Origin: a virus | Lineage: Duplodnaviria; Caudoviricetes | Direction: 5' to 3' (one strand) | DNA: 63,166 bases | IMG/VR virus record: IMGVR_UViG_3300037191_001756 | Location: 1 to 63,166 of that record | Shown here: one piece after another, positions 54,394 through 63,166 of the stretch | Position numbering within the stretch: the first letter of the stretch is position 1 | Layout: each line of letters opens with the position of its first letter | Position numbers and translations under genes: made by a program | The notes under the pieces: generated by a model | The model's database searches: none | Told to the model about the DNA's origin: nothing | What the model saw: only the letters and a program-made list of their open reading frames with translations

Positions 54394-56760
54394 TTAATTC
54401 TTGTCACTTTTATTTGAATTCTTAATGTCATTGTTTACTTTTTTCTTTTCAAGAGCTAGTTTTTCTTTAGCTATACCCACTTTTTGTTGTTCTAAGTCTA
54501 TCTTAGCAATTTTAGCAGCTATCTCTACATAATCATTAACTCCATCTTTATCCCCATCTGCATCAGGGTTAAAAGAAGCACTAACCATGGCTCCTCTGAC
54601 TATCTCAGTTTTTCTTTTCTCTTCTTCTGAATGAGTAATCAAGTCTTTAGACCTTTGATGCTCTTTGTCTTTTCCTTGCTCTATCTTCTCTAGTTCTTCC
54701 ATTCTTCCTTTCTGAATTTGAGCTTGTCTATCTTCTTCTACTTTAAGTCTTTCTTTTTCAGCAACTTTAAGAATCTCTTTAGCTTCAGGTAAACTTTCTA
54801 CTTCAAATACTGCAATTACATCACTTAATTCTGCTTTTTGATTTTGCATAGCAGCTAGTGCCAAACTAGACAATGTTGCTCTAACTTCATCTACTTTTGC
54901 ATTGTCAGTTATAAATACTCCTAACTTTTGAAAAGATAAAAACTCTCCATCAAATGAAAACATTTGTATCCCCATATCATCAGTAATGTAAGACAATTTG
55001 TTTTCAGTATTTTCTCTATAAGTAATTTTAGCTCTTTCTAGTAAACCTTGTAAAACTTGTCTTTTAAACTCATTATGAAGATTAAAATAAGGTTCGAGAA
55101 TTTGAGAACTTTGCATCAAAGATTGCTTCGTATTACTCACAGCTTCATTAGCACTAATTTGACCTTCTACTTGTTCTGTGATACCAACACTAGCTCCTGC
55201 TTCTCTTTTAATATTCTGTAATAACATGATATACTTTTGTATGTCAGATATCAAAGACATGTCAATTACTTTAGCAGCAGTGTTTATATCATTGTAACCA
55301 TTACCTTCTTCATTAGGATTAATCAAAGCAAAAGGACTATTCTCAAAATAGTTCATAAACTTCTCTGTATTAATACCTTTAGAAGTAGGTACCATACCAA
55401 TGTTTAGTAATAATTTTTTACCTTTATCAGAATTAATTAATCTTTTCAACTTAGTTTTGACAATATTATAGAATACTTGAGGTCCTGACAATCTATCCAT
55501 TAAAGCAACAGAGTCTCCTCCAACAGCATCATACAATACTCCTTTATAGGGCATTTTATCATTGTAGACATCTTCAGGGTCAAAGCTTTGCCCTTCAAAA
55601 GGTCTCATTCTTTTATAAATTGGTTCAGATAAATTAATTATCCAGGCTTCATAAGTTTCAGGAATGTATAAGTTTTCTGCTTCTACATCTCCTGCTTCTT
55701 GGTCAATAACATAAGATTCATCTTCTATAGAGATATCAGGTGTTCCATCTTCGTCAATATTAGTAACTACTACAAGTTTTCTAACTCCTTTCCAAAGACA
55801 ATGTTCTACACAAATTCCATAGCTACTATCTTCATCTGCTAACTTAGAAAAATCTAAGTTTAATTCAGAACTATGAGTAAGTACATTAAATTCATATATG
55901 TTTTCAATTTCTTTTTTAGTTAATTCATTCCCGAACTCAGTTAATATTTTAGACGGAGACCAGTAATATTTGCATACTATTCTCTCAGAATCTTCAATAA
56001 AACCTGATTCTACAGGAGCAAATCTTATTCTTTCAGGTTTTATAGGTACAAAGCAAGGATGCCCTCCTGACTCTCCAATGTAACCACTCTCAATACCTGT
56101 TAATAAACCATATAGAAATGCTTTATTAAATTTATTTTGTAATTTATCTTTTTTTCTTAAGTAAGCCAAGATATGATTACCTGCTACTTCAGCTATATCT
56201 TGATGGTCTCTCTCCATATACCTCTTAACTTTCATTGGAGTTTGAGCTTCCACTTCTTGTTGAATCTTAGATGTGATTTCTTGAGCTTCTTCAGGAGAAA
56301 GTTCTCTTCCCTCCATTTCTTCTTTAGCTTTTAATTCAACTTGTTCTCTTATTGGCTGCATTATACTACTTATAACAGATGTTTTCATTCTATTAAAGTA
56401 CTCCTCTTCTTTTCTACTAGTTGCTTCACTATTTACAGCAATTACTTTAAATGGAAAAGGTCTTTTCATTTCCATTCCTAATACAGCTTTAATTTTACCT
56501 GAAGAGATATCTTCATTCTCAATTTCTTCAAGTATTTTAATATTTACATCAGCTCCAAAAGGTTTTAAAGTACTTAAGTAATCTTCTTCATTAAGTTTGC
56601 CTTTGTAAATATTATAGTTTTTTCTAGCTTTATCATAAAAAGTAACTGAATTATCATTCATAGGAAATATCATATCTTCCCCTAAAGCCCTGACAGCATC
56701 AGCTTCTTTTTTATACCAAGCTTCATTTTTTCTACTCCTACTAATTATTAAGTCTGCCAT
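54394..56760 (-). CDS. portal protein
   Basis: 788 aa directly after terL; KIKAVLG.E.KRP, GITEQVEGQI, C-terminal coiled coil. Confidence 0.9.
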   Translation of the reverse strand: MADLIISRSRKNEAWYKKEADAVRALGEDMIFPMNDNSVTFYDKARKNYNIYKGKLNEEDYLSTLKPFGADVNIKILEEIENEDISSGKIKAVLGMEMKRPFPFKVIAVNSEATSRKEEEYFNRMKTSVISSIMQPIREQVELKAKEEMEGRELSPEEAQEITSKIQQEVEAQTPMKVKRYMERDHQDIAEVAGNHILAYLRKKDKLQNKFNKAFLYGLLTGIESGYIGESGGHPCFVPIKPERIRFAPVESGFIEDSERIVCKYYWSPSKILTEFGNELTKKEIENIYEFNVLTHSSELNLDFSKLADEDSSYGICVEHCLWKGVRKLVVVTNIDEDGTPDISIEDESYVIDQEAGDVEAENLYIPETYEAWIINLSEPIYKRMRPFEGQSFDPEDVYNDKMPYKGVLYDAVGGDSVALMDRLSGPQVFYNIVKTKLKRLINSDKGKKLLLNIGMVPTSKGINTEKFMNYFENSPFALINPNEEGNGYNDINTAAKVIDMSLISDIQKYIMLLQNIKREAGASVGITEQVEGQISANEAVSNTKQSLMQSSQILEPYFNLHNEFKRQVLQGLLERAKITYRENTENKLSYITDDMGIQMFSFDGEFLSFQKLGVFITDNAKVDEVRATLSSLALAAMQNQKAELSDVIAVFEVESLPEAKEILKVAEKERLKVEEDRQAQIQKGRMEELEKIEQGKDKEHQRSKDLITHSEEEKRKTEIVRGAMVSASFNPDADGDKDGVNDYVEIAAKIAKIDLEQQKVGIAKEKLALEKKKVNNDIKNSNKSDKN

Positions 56761-56761
56761 T

Positions 56762-58849
56762 TTAATATGCTTTTTTAAAGAAGTCAGCTACATCATTTTT
56801 GTTTTCAGAAGCTACTTCGTATTGATTAAGGTCTTTTAACATTATTTCTTCTTCTTGAATTAAACACATGATTAAAGATGAGTGCATATCAAAGTTACCT
56901 GTTAAGTTAAAGTTAATAAGTTCTTCTAGTAATCTAGTACTATATATATGGTCTATTGTTGTAATTGGTTCCTCATTTTCATTATAATTCTCTATGTGAA
57001 TTAGCCAAGATTTTACATACCTAATTCCTGCTGCTAGTAGTTTAGTATTCATATGACATCCATAAATCCTTGAAGTTTTTGAGTTTTTAACATTAGCTTT
57101 AATTACTTCATCAGGCTGAAAAGCTAAATACTTTAATAACTTTCTTCTTCTACAAAAAGTTTTTAAAGAAGGAACTTCATTTTCAAACATAACCTTAGTA
57201 TTATAAAGCATAGCAAAAGCTACCGCTATAGTATCATTCTCGTCAGTATCTTCTCTTCTCCCAATCCATTCTGCAACAATGTTGTTTCTTAACCCTTTTT
57301 TAGACTGACCTTTGTAAACTACAATAGCAGCTAAAGAAGTTCCCTGGTCTTGTCTGACAGGGTCATACCCAATTTTATAAGTACCTTTAGGTAATTCATG
57401 GTCAGGATTTTCAAATAACACAACACACCCTCTTGTATCTTCAGGCTCATTAGTATAACTAAGGATTGGCTGAGGGTCTCCTGCTTTAAAGTTTAAAATA
57501 GGATGTACCACTACTTCTCCTCCCACAATATCTAATACTACAGGAATACCTTTTGAATTACCTGCTTTTCTTAGGTAATTTAATCTATGGAACAATTTAG
57601 TAGTAGGATAAGTATTTCCACTAACACTAGCAAAAGCTTCTTTAGGACCAATAGGTTTTTCTTGCATTCTATCACTAATATCTCTAGAAGTAGCTCCTGC
57701 TGCAATTCTTTTCTCTCTCTCTCCTAACTCATAAGCTAATGCACCTTCAACATTTGAGTTACCATTTTCATCATAGAACCCTTCCATGTTTCTTGTCACA
57801 GGATGAAAAAACCCACATCTCTCTCCTTCACTATTTTCATCCCAGATATTCTGCATATCTAAAAACCCATACGCTTTTGGATTCATATGTATTTGAGAAT
57901 AATCCATAGAAGCAGTATTTAAATCTCCTGATGTACCAAAGACAGTTATTAGTCCTGAGCTAAAAGCTCCTGCTTTAGTACAATCTTCAAGTGCTTTCAA
58001 AGACTTTTTTAAGTGCCCTGGTTTACCAAAATCACCTGACTCTTCCACTAATATATCTAATGCATCTTTTCCCCTACCTGCTCCTGTGTTGTCATTAAAA
58101 GATAAGCAACCTATTTCTGATTTAAAACCATCTTCAATCCATATACCATTTTTCTGTTTTAAGTAGGAAGACTTAATCCAATCATTTTTATCTACAACTT
58201 TAGCTGGTAAAGCAAAAGCTGTATTATCATTTATAAAATTGATATTAGCTCTTACTTTAGTAAATAATCCATCTTCGTTAAGGTGACCCATTTTAATAGC
58301 ACAAAGTAAAGTTAATTTATTTGGATGTAAATAATAATTATTACTTGCTATACCTGCATTTTTTAAACTGTAACCACTTCTTCTTTTCTTACCTACAATT
58401 AAATTCCATTGTTCTACTAAATCTTCTTTTTTAATCTTAACATCAAGATTTAAAGATAAGTATAATTTCCAAGCATCTTCTACTGTAGCCTTACCTTCAT
58501 GACCTAAGATAGAAGTCATTGTACCCTTACATATCTCTCTAACCCAAAAATATTCAAAATCTGTATCCCAAAAATCAGGAAACCCTTCTACTTTACCATT
58601 AGTAGGGTCTTTAATATCAAACTTCATTATTGGACAATAGTTTAGGTAATTGTAATGGTCTCCTGTTATAGTACAACCTCCAACAGTATATCCATACTTT
58701 CTTTTTCTAATTTCTTCAGTCCAGAATTCTTCATACCCAGGGGAACCAGAAGGGTCTCCGCAATAATATCCATACTTAGTGAAATGGTCAGCTACCTCAC
58801 TAAATACTTTACTATTAATCCACAACCCTTCTTTATTTCTAATGTCCAT
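56762..58849 (-). CDS. terL: terminase large subunit
   Basis: ITGDHYNYLNY, Walker A-like GKKRRSGYS, Walker B ILVEESG, FGTSG, nuclease GYDP, FENE, GNFD. Confidence 0.93.
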   Translation of the reverse strand: MDIRNKEGLWINSKVFSEVADHFTKYGYYCGDPSGSPGYEEFWTEEIRKRKYGYTVGGCTITGDHYNYLNYCPIMKFDIKDPTNGKVEGFPDFWDTDFEYFWVREICKGTMTSILGHEGKATVEDAWKLYLSLNLDVKIKKEDLVEQWNLIVGKKRRSGYSLKNAGIASNNYYLHPNKLTLLCAIKMGHLNEDGLFTKVRANINFINDNTAFALPAKVVDKNDWIKSSYLKQKNGIWIEDGFKSEIGCLSFNDNTGAGRGKDALDILVEESGDFGKPGHLKKSLKALEDCTKAGAFSSGLITVFGTSGDLNTASMDYSQIHMNPKAYGFLDMQNIWDENSEGERCGFFHPVTRNMEGFYDENGNSNVEGALAYELGEREKRIAAGATSRDISDRMQEKPIGPKEAFASVSGNTYPTTKLFHRLNYLRKAGNSKGIPVVLDIVGGEVVVHPILNFKAGDPQPILSYTNEPEDTRGCVVLFENPDHELPKGTYKIGYDPVRQDQGTSLAAIVVYKGQSKKGLRNNIVAEWIGRREDTDENDTIAVAFAMLYNTKVMFENEVPSLKTFCRRRKLLKYLAFQPDEVIKANVKNSKTSRIYGCHMNTKLLAAGIRYVKSWLIHIENYNENEEPITTIDHIYSTRLLEELINFNLTGNFDMHSSLIMCLIQEEEIMLKDLNQYEVASENKNDVADFFKKAY

Positions 58850-59067
58850 TAATCTTTATGTTCAAATTTAATATCTAATCTTTCTAATCTTTTACCTAAT
58901 ATTTGTAAATAAACACTCATAGTTCTTTGCTGTTCATAAAGTAAATCTTTATCTTTTCTATTTAGTACCATAAACATCTTAGTAGCCATAAATGTGTTCA
59001 ACTTATTAATTTTCTCAGCTAAATCTTGAGTTTCAATAAGTAATCTTTCTTTGAATGTGTCTTTCAT
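58849..59067 (-). CDS. small helical-hairpin protein (crAss001_48-like)
   Basis: FKERLLIE..DL.EKINKL..F...LL.EQ...M..YLQIL.KRL; likely start 59067. Confidence 0.7.
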   Translation of the reverse strand: MKDTFKERLLIETQDLAEKINKLNTFMATKMFMVLNRKDKDLLYEQQRTMSVYLQILGKRLERLDIKFEHKD

Positions 59068-59078
59068 AAATATTATTC

Positions 59079-59600
59079 TTAATCTTCTAAAATATACCAA
59101 TCTTCAGCTAATAAATCTTCCACAGTAGTAATCCAATAAGTTACATTTCCATTTTTATCTACTTGCACAGCTTGGTTTTTATAATGAAATCCTTTTTCTA
59201 GTTTCTTCATAACCTCTTTAACTTCATCAGGAACAGAAGTCATTGCAGGAACAATACTGACATCAATCTTAGCAGGAATTTGTTTATAAATAAACAAATA
59301 CTCTTCAGACTTTGATTGTCTTGAGATTGGTTTACCTTGTTTGAAAGCTTTTAACACTTCTTCAAATTTTAGTAATTCAGTTTCTTCAACTTTTAACTCC
59401 CCTCCAACTACTTTCCAGATATGCGAAGAAGTTCCTTTAAACAATTTAGAAATTTCTTTTAAAGATAAAAATTTACCTCTATTAACTATAATATTACAAT
59501 TTGGAATAATTTTAATTTTATTTTCAAATACAACAGAATAAATGCCTATCATATTTTTTTCTACTTTGATATTATAATCAAACTCATTATCGTAACCCAT
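59079..59600 (-). CDS. DUF2829 / Tad2-like protein with N-terminal extension
   Basis: LKFEEVLKAFKQGKPISR..FIYKQIP..Y.NQ..W...EDLLAEDW. Confidence 0.7.
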   Translation of the reverse strand: MGYDNEFDYNIKVEKNMIGIYSVVFENKIKIIPNCNIIVNRGKFLSLKEISKLFKGTSSHIWKVVGGELKVEETELLKFEEVLKAFKQGKPISRQSKSEEYLFIYKQIPAKIDVSIVPAMTSVPDEVKEVMKKLEKGFHYKNQAVQVDKNGNVTYWITTVEDLLAEDWYILED

Positions 59601-59742
59601 TTTGTTTATCTTTTTTAAAGGGTGTTGTAGTTGGTTCCCTATCTTTTTTTAACTCATTACTAAATTTTTCAGCGTACTCAGTTACTTTCTTTTTAAGTGG
59701 GAGATTCCAGTAACTTTTCTTAGTTTTTAATTCTTTTGCCAT
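59587..59742 (-). CDS. small basic hypothetical protein (51 aa, not in ORF track)
   Basis: MAKELKTKKSYWNLPLKRKVTEYAEKF...NGLR*; fills the gap between neighbours. Confidence 0.55.
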   Translation of the reverse strand: MAKELKTKKSYWNLPLKKKVTEYAEKFSNELKKDREPTTTPFKKDKQNGLR

Positions 59743-59744
59743 AA

Positions 59745-60587
59745 TTATAAGGTTTTAATAAATTTATAAAGTTCATAGTTCCATTTAGCATCAGCTAAAG
59801 CATTATGATTATTAATTTGTTTAGGATAGTTATTACTATCTTGTTTTAATATTTCTAACTTTTTTTCTAAATCGTTATCAATATCGTTAGTATAACCAAA
59901 GCTTCCATCTGAGAATAATCTATCAAAATTCGATGCTTTTAAACCTTTAACCTTACTATCTAATTCTTGTTTTAAATCAATACAGTACATTGGAAACCCT
60001 TCAGGTAAATCAACCATTCTACCAAATAACCAACAAAACACAACCCAATCATAATCTGCGTAGTAAGCATAAAACTCAGGTTTATCAGAACAAGTTTCTC
60101 CAACATAAATGTCAGATTTCTCATCATCTATATTAAAGTAAAAAGTATTGTTCACACCATTGCCAAATATTGAATCATACCTCTTACCTTTTACCATACT
60201 TTCAAACTTGTAATCTTGTACAAATTCAATAATCTCTTCAGCTATTTGCTTTCTTGATTTACCTTTCCATTTTAAAAGTCTTTTAAGCCCTTTATAAGAC
60301 CACTCAGTTGACTTCCAATAGTATGTTTTATGGTAGTTATTCATCAGGCTACTTAACTTTTCCCATATACTTTTAAGCACATTTTCTCTTAACCATTCAT
60401 TATTCCAAGCAGCTTTTAAATCAAACTCATTACAAATAGCAGAGTATTCTCTGCTTTTATCTGTTTCTTCACTAACAATACCAATGCTGATTAACTCAAT
60501 AGTATCAATTGGTTTACCAGTATTAATACCTAATAATTTAGATTGTTTACTATATTCATGAAACTCTGTATCTATAAAGTATTTCAT
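59745..60587 (-). CDS. DEDDh 3'-5' exo(ribo)nuclease, Rv2179c-like
   Basis: YFIDTEF, LISIGIV, YYADYDWV, PMYCIDLKQ, HNALADAKW. Confidence 0.88.
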   Translation of the reverse strand: MKYFIDTEFHEYSKQSKLLGINTGKPIDTIELISIGIVSEETDKSREYSAICNEFDLKAAWNNEWLRENVLKSIWEKLSSLMNNYHKTYYWKSTEWSYKGLKRLLKWKGKSRKQIAEEIIEFVQDYKFESMVKGKRYDSIFGNGVNNTFYFNIDDEKSDIYVGETCSDKPEFYAYYADYDWVVFCWLFGRMVDLPEGFPMYCIDLKQELDSKVKGLKASNFDRLFSDGSFGYTNDIDNDLEKKLEILKQDSNNYPKQINNHNALADAKWNYELYKFIKTL

Positions 60588-61135
60588 TACTGACTTTTAT
60601 ACCTGTTAAAAAATTTACCTAGGATATTACCATTATAATACTCAGGAGTTTCTAGTACATTAAATACAAATTGATATTTAGTTTCATGATAAGACAACTC
60701 AGCTTTGTTGTAGGATAATGCTAAGATATGTTTTTTAATCCTATTTCCATCTTCTATGTCTTTATTTAGTTCTAAGTTAGAGCCTGTGTATGTAACCCAA
60801 TCAGATTCTTTAGTTGTTGTTTTGTGCTTAGATGTCCTTTTATCAACTCTAGCAGATAAAGCTTTCTTCCCTAACTTAGTTCTCCTATTAAATTCTAACT
60901 GTTTCTTACCAATGTATTTTCTACCATTATCAAGATTCTCAATAAGATAAACAAATCCAAAACACTTGTCCCCATCAATACTGTTGAATAATTGGTCAAT
61001 TTTAGTAATTTCTAACTCTTCATTTACATTACCATTTTGAAAGTACCAAGCATTTTTATTTACTTTATCTTTCTTTTTGTCAATAACTAATTTCTTAACA
61101 GATTCTGGTAATATTAATTTTGGCTTATTTTCCAT
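60587..61135 (-). CDS. GIY-YIG family endonuclease
   Basis: GFVYLIEN..GRKYIGKK, W.TYTGS, L.Y.E, YYNGNI. Confidence 0.85.
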   Translation of the reverse strand: MENKPKLILPESVKKLVIDKKKDKVNKNAWYFQNGNVNEELEITKIDQLFNSIDGDKCFGFVYLIENLDNGRKYIGKKQLEFNRRTKLGKKALSARVDKRTSKHKTTTKESDWVTYTGSNLELNKDIEDGNRIKKHILALSYNKAELSYHETKYQFVFNVLETPEYYNGNILGKFFNRYKSQ

Positions 61136-61143
61136 TTTTAACT

Positions 61144-61731
61144 TTATTTTTTTCTTTTAATATTTGAAACTTTTCTAGGGTCAGCAAACATCCCTACTTT
61201 AACTTCTCCTCTGTTTTTAGATATAGATAAATCTTCTGATTGAATCTTAGCTTCTAAATCTTTTAATGTCGCTAAAGTTTTAGGTACTTCATTTACAGAC
61301 CTTAAGATATCAGCAGCTTTGTGTATAGGCTTTCCTCTATCATCTCTTTCATTTACATCTACATTATCAAAGAAATCTTTAACTCCTTCTACTGCCTTTC
61401 TTGACTTCAAATATAAGGAATAAACTGGAGAATGTTTAGTTTGTAGGGAATAAATAAAATCTATTCCTTCTAAAACTAATTTATCAGGAGTATAATTTTC
61501 TCCATTAAAAACTTTCTCCACTACTTTCTCTTCTTTTACATCACTATTGTATCCTGCAAAAGGATTTGATTTCTTTAAAGAAGACATAAACTCAATGTAA
61601 GCAAACTCTTGTAGAGCAACTACTTTCTTCGCAGAAGTATCTCTGGCTAGTATTTCTTTGAAAGGAGATATCATGTAAGCTTCTGCTACAGGTACCACAG
61701 TCGTATTTGTAATTGTAAATAAATATGCCAT
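61144..61731 (-). CDS. conserved crAss-like protein, possible terminase small subunit
   Basis: PF..IL.RD, NPFAGY, ERDDRGKP, C-terminal RG; upstream of terL. Confidence 0.5.
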   Translation of the reverse strand: MAYLFTITNTTVVPVAEAYMISPFKEILARDTSAKKVVALQEFAYIEFMSSLKKSNPFAGYNSDVKEEKVVEKVFNGENYTPDKLVLEGIDFIYSLQTKHSPVYSLYLKSRKAVEGVKDFFDNVDVNERDDRGKPIHKAADILRSVNEVPKTLATLKDLEAKIQSEDLSISKNRGEVKVGMFADPRKVSNIKRKK

Positions 61732-61770
61732 ATTATTTTCTTATTTTTTTAAGTCTTCAAACATTTTCTT

Positions 61771-62058
61771 TTATGTCTGAGTCCATAAATTATTATTTTT
61801 AATGAACTCTATATTATCTAAATCTTCCTTACTTATTTTGTATCTTTCTTGTAATTCTTCTTTGTTAAAGAGTGTAGAAGTTACGTCTTCAACTACTAAC
61901 CCTACTTTCTTTTTAGGTTTAGTATCATAATACTCTTCTAAATCTTTAATCATTTTTTCAGAAGTATATGGGTTTATAGCCATAGCTTTTTCCATATCAT
62001 TTTGTGCTTTTAACAAAGCATCAAACTCTTCTTTGTTACTTGGAAATAATCCTGCCAT
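61771..62058 (-). CDS. hypothetical protein
   Basis: 95-aa ORF. Confidence 0.65.
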   Translation of the reverse strand: MAGLFPSNKEEFDALLKAQNDMEKAMAINPYTSEKMIKDLEEYYDTKPKKKVGLVVEDVTSTLFNKEELQERYKISKEDLDNIEFIKNNNLWTQT

Positions 62059-62059
62059 A

Positions 62060-62311
62060 TTATTTTCTTATTTCTTTTAGTTTCCAATCATTAATCTTTT
62101 CACTTTTCTCAAACTTACATATTAAAGTCTTATAAGTTCTCAAATGAAGATGCTCATATTCAAGTGCTATTGCATTTGAAGAAGATACACTATCTTCTAT
62201 ATTTAAAGGGTAGTAAAAAACATTTAGTCCATTACAAACAGAAATTTTCCCTTTGTTAAGTCTAATAGCAATTTCTATAATTTCCTGTATGTGTTTTAAT
62301 TCTATATCCAT
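62060..62311 (-). CDS. hypothetical protein
   Basis: 83-aa ORF. Confidence 0.65.
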   Translation of the reverse strand: MDIELKHIQEIIEIAIRLNKGKISVCNGLNVFYYPLNIEDSVSSSNAIALEYEHLHLRTYKTLICKFEKSEKINDWKLKEIRK

Positions 62312-62314
62312 TAG

Positions 62315-62611
62315 TTAGTTTCTTTTAACATTGTAATTTATTTTATACTCTTCTACTGACTTATCACTAAAAGTTACAGTTAAAGATTTATTAGATTTGT
62401 AAGTGTTGCCTGAAATATGTTTAGGGTAAGAACTTACTTTAATGTATAAACTAATAGTTTTTGTAACAGGATTTATCTCATGAGTCATACACCCACAAGA
62501 AACAGAAATATTTTCAATTTCCAAATCAGTTTGTGTCATTAAAGATAACTTGTAAGTTGACTTAGATTTTACAGTCTTGTTATTATTTAGTAATATGTAT
62601 ATAAGCTTCAT
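62315..62611 (-). CDS. DUF1573-like Ig-fold protein
   Basis: IENISVSCGCMT and K.LTVTF motifs. Confidence 0.55.
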   Translation of the reverse strand: MKLIYILLNNNKTVKSKSTYKLSLMTQTDLEIENISVSCGCMTHEINPVTKTISLYIKVSSYPKHISGNTYKSNKSLTVTFSDKSVEEYKINYNVKRN

Positions 62612-63164
62612 CGTTATCTGTTTTAAATGTTTTTCCTATGTTTTTAAAAATAGTAGAACTTATATCTACTTCAGTTTTACTTGAGTCTGTTCCTATATTA
62701 TACTTACTTTTTTCTAAGCTTATTTCAAATCCTGTGGGAATAATTGATTCAGGTTCAAGTTTAGTCAATAAGTCTCTATCTATATCTCCTCCAGGTTTAG
62801 TGTTTTCATTTCTAAAAAATAAATCTTTTGTTAGTCTTTCTTCGTAAATTTTTTTAATCTCTTCTAGTACATTTTCAGAGGTTACTTCAGGAGGACGTGG
62901 AACTTCTTTTCCAAACATTAAAGCTGTATCTACTTTACTGTAGTTTACTTTTATATCTCCATTTAAATTAATCCAAAAACAATCACAAGGTTTTCCTCCA
63001 TAATTCTGTTGAGGAACTTGACATCCACAATTTTTACAAGAAGCATTATTAAAACACTCCTCGTTAATTAAAGATTCATTTAGAAATTCTATGGATTCTT
63101 TAATCTTAATTCTTAATACCCACTTAAAATGTTTACTATAATAAGCCCAATATCTATACTTACC
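62583..63164 (-). CDS. Cys-cluster (putative Zn-binding) protein, 5' truncated by window edge
   Basis: Frame of track ORF 62583..62918 stays open to the window end and adds ECFNNASCKNCGC...KPCDC. Confidence 0.7.
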   Translation of the reverse strand, partial: GKYRYWAYYSKHFKWVLRIKIKESIEFLNESLINEECFNNASCKNCGCQVPQQNYGGKPCDCFWINLNGDIKVNYSKVDTALMFGKEVPRPPEVTSENVLEEIKKIYEERLTKDLFFRNENTKPGGDIDRDLLTKLEPESIIPTGFEISLEKSKYNIGTDSSKTEVDISSTIFKNIGKTFKTDNDEAYIHITK

Positions 63165-63166
63165 TA

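Larger units (their letters stand above)
1..63166. mobile_element. crAss-like bacteriophage (Crassvirales) genome segment
   Basis: terL-portal-scaffold-MCP-ring-auxiliary capsid synteny, IHF-like gene between ring genes, muzzle, and a giant virion RNAP with DFDxD; no cellular housekeeping genes or integrase. Confidence 0.95.

Noticed and set aside
51814-58849. Introns or inteins in terL, portal or MCP
   Set aside because: All three are uninterrupted and of ordinary length
1-63166. Stop-codon reassignment (TAG or TGA), known in some crassviruses
   Set aside because: Genes up to 18 kb are open in the standard code, coding density is high, and TAG and TGA end genes right before the next start (e.g. 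6459, 6790, 1611)

Overview
The window is a 63-kb segment of an AT-rich crAss-like phage genome (Crassvirales), probably infecting a Bacteroidota host; starts are A-rich and lack Shine-Dalgarno sequences, and the genetic code is standard. Bases 1-7330 (+) hold nucleotide-metabolism and small accessory genes (ThyX, dNMP kinase, TM2 protein, HTH protein, spanin-like protein). They converge at a terminator on a long minus-strand late region in crAss order: terminase, portal, scaffold, major capsid, ring, auxiliary capsid and hub proteins, tail fibre, holin-like genes, nuclease, IHF-like protein, muzzle, then cargo proteins. The highlight is a 5981-aa virion RNA polymerase polyprotein (DFDVD motif) whose core is split by a ~1200-aa in-frame insert. 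The insert carries a macro-like domain, an H-Y-E ADP-ribosyltransferase-like domain, a Dda/RecD-like helicase and two unknown domains. The macro+ART pair is bracketed by a 25-bp in-frame direct repeat, suggesting swappable effector cassettes injected with the polymerase. Other signals: near-total cysteine exclusion from cargo proteins, GATC avoidance, a repeated 25-bp gene-junction motif, a Tad2-like gene near terL, a hydrophobic hairpin in the muzzle and a mosaic tail fibre. All family assignments come from motif recognition and synteny, not database searches.
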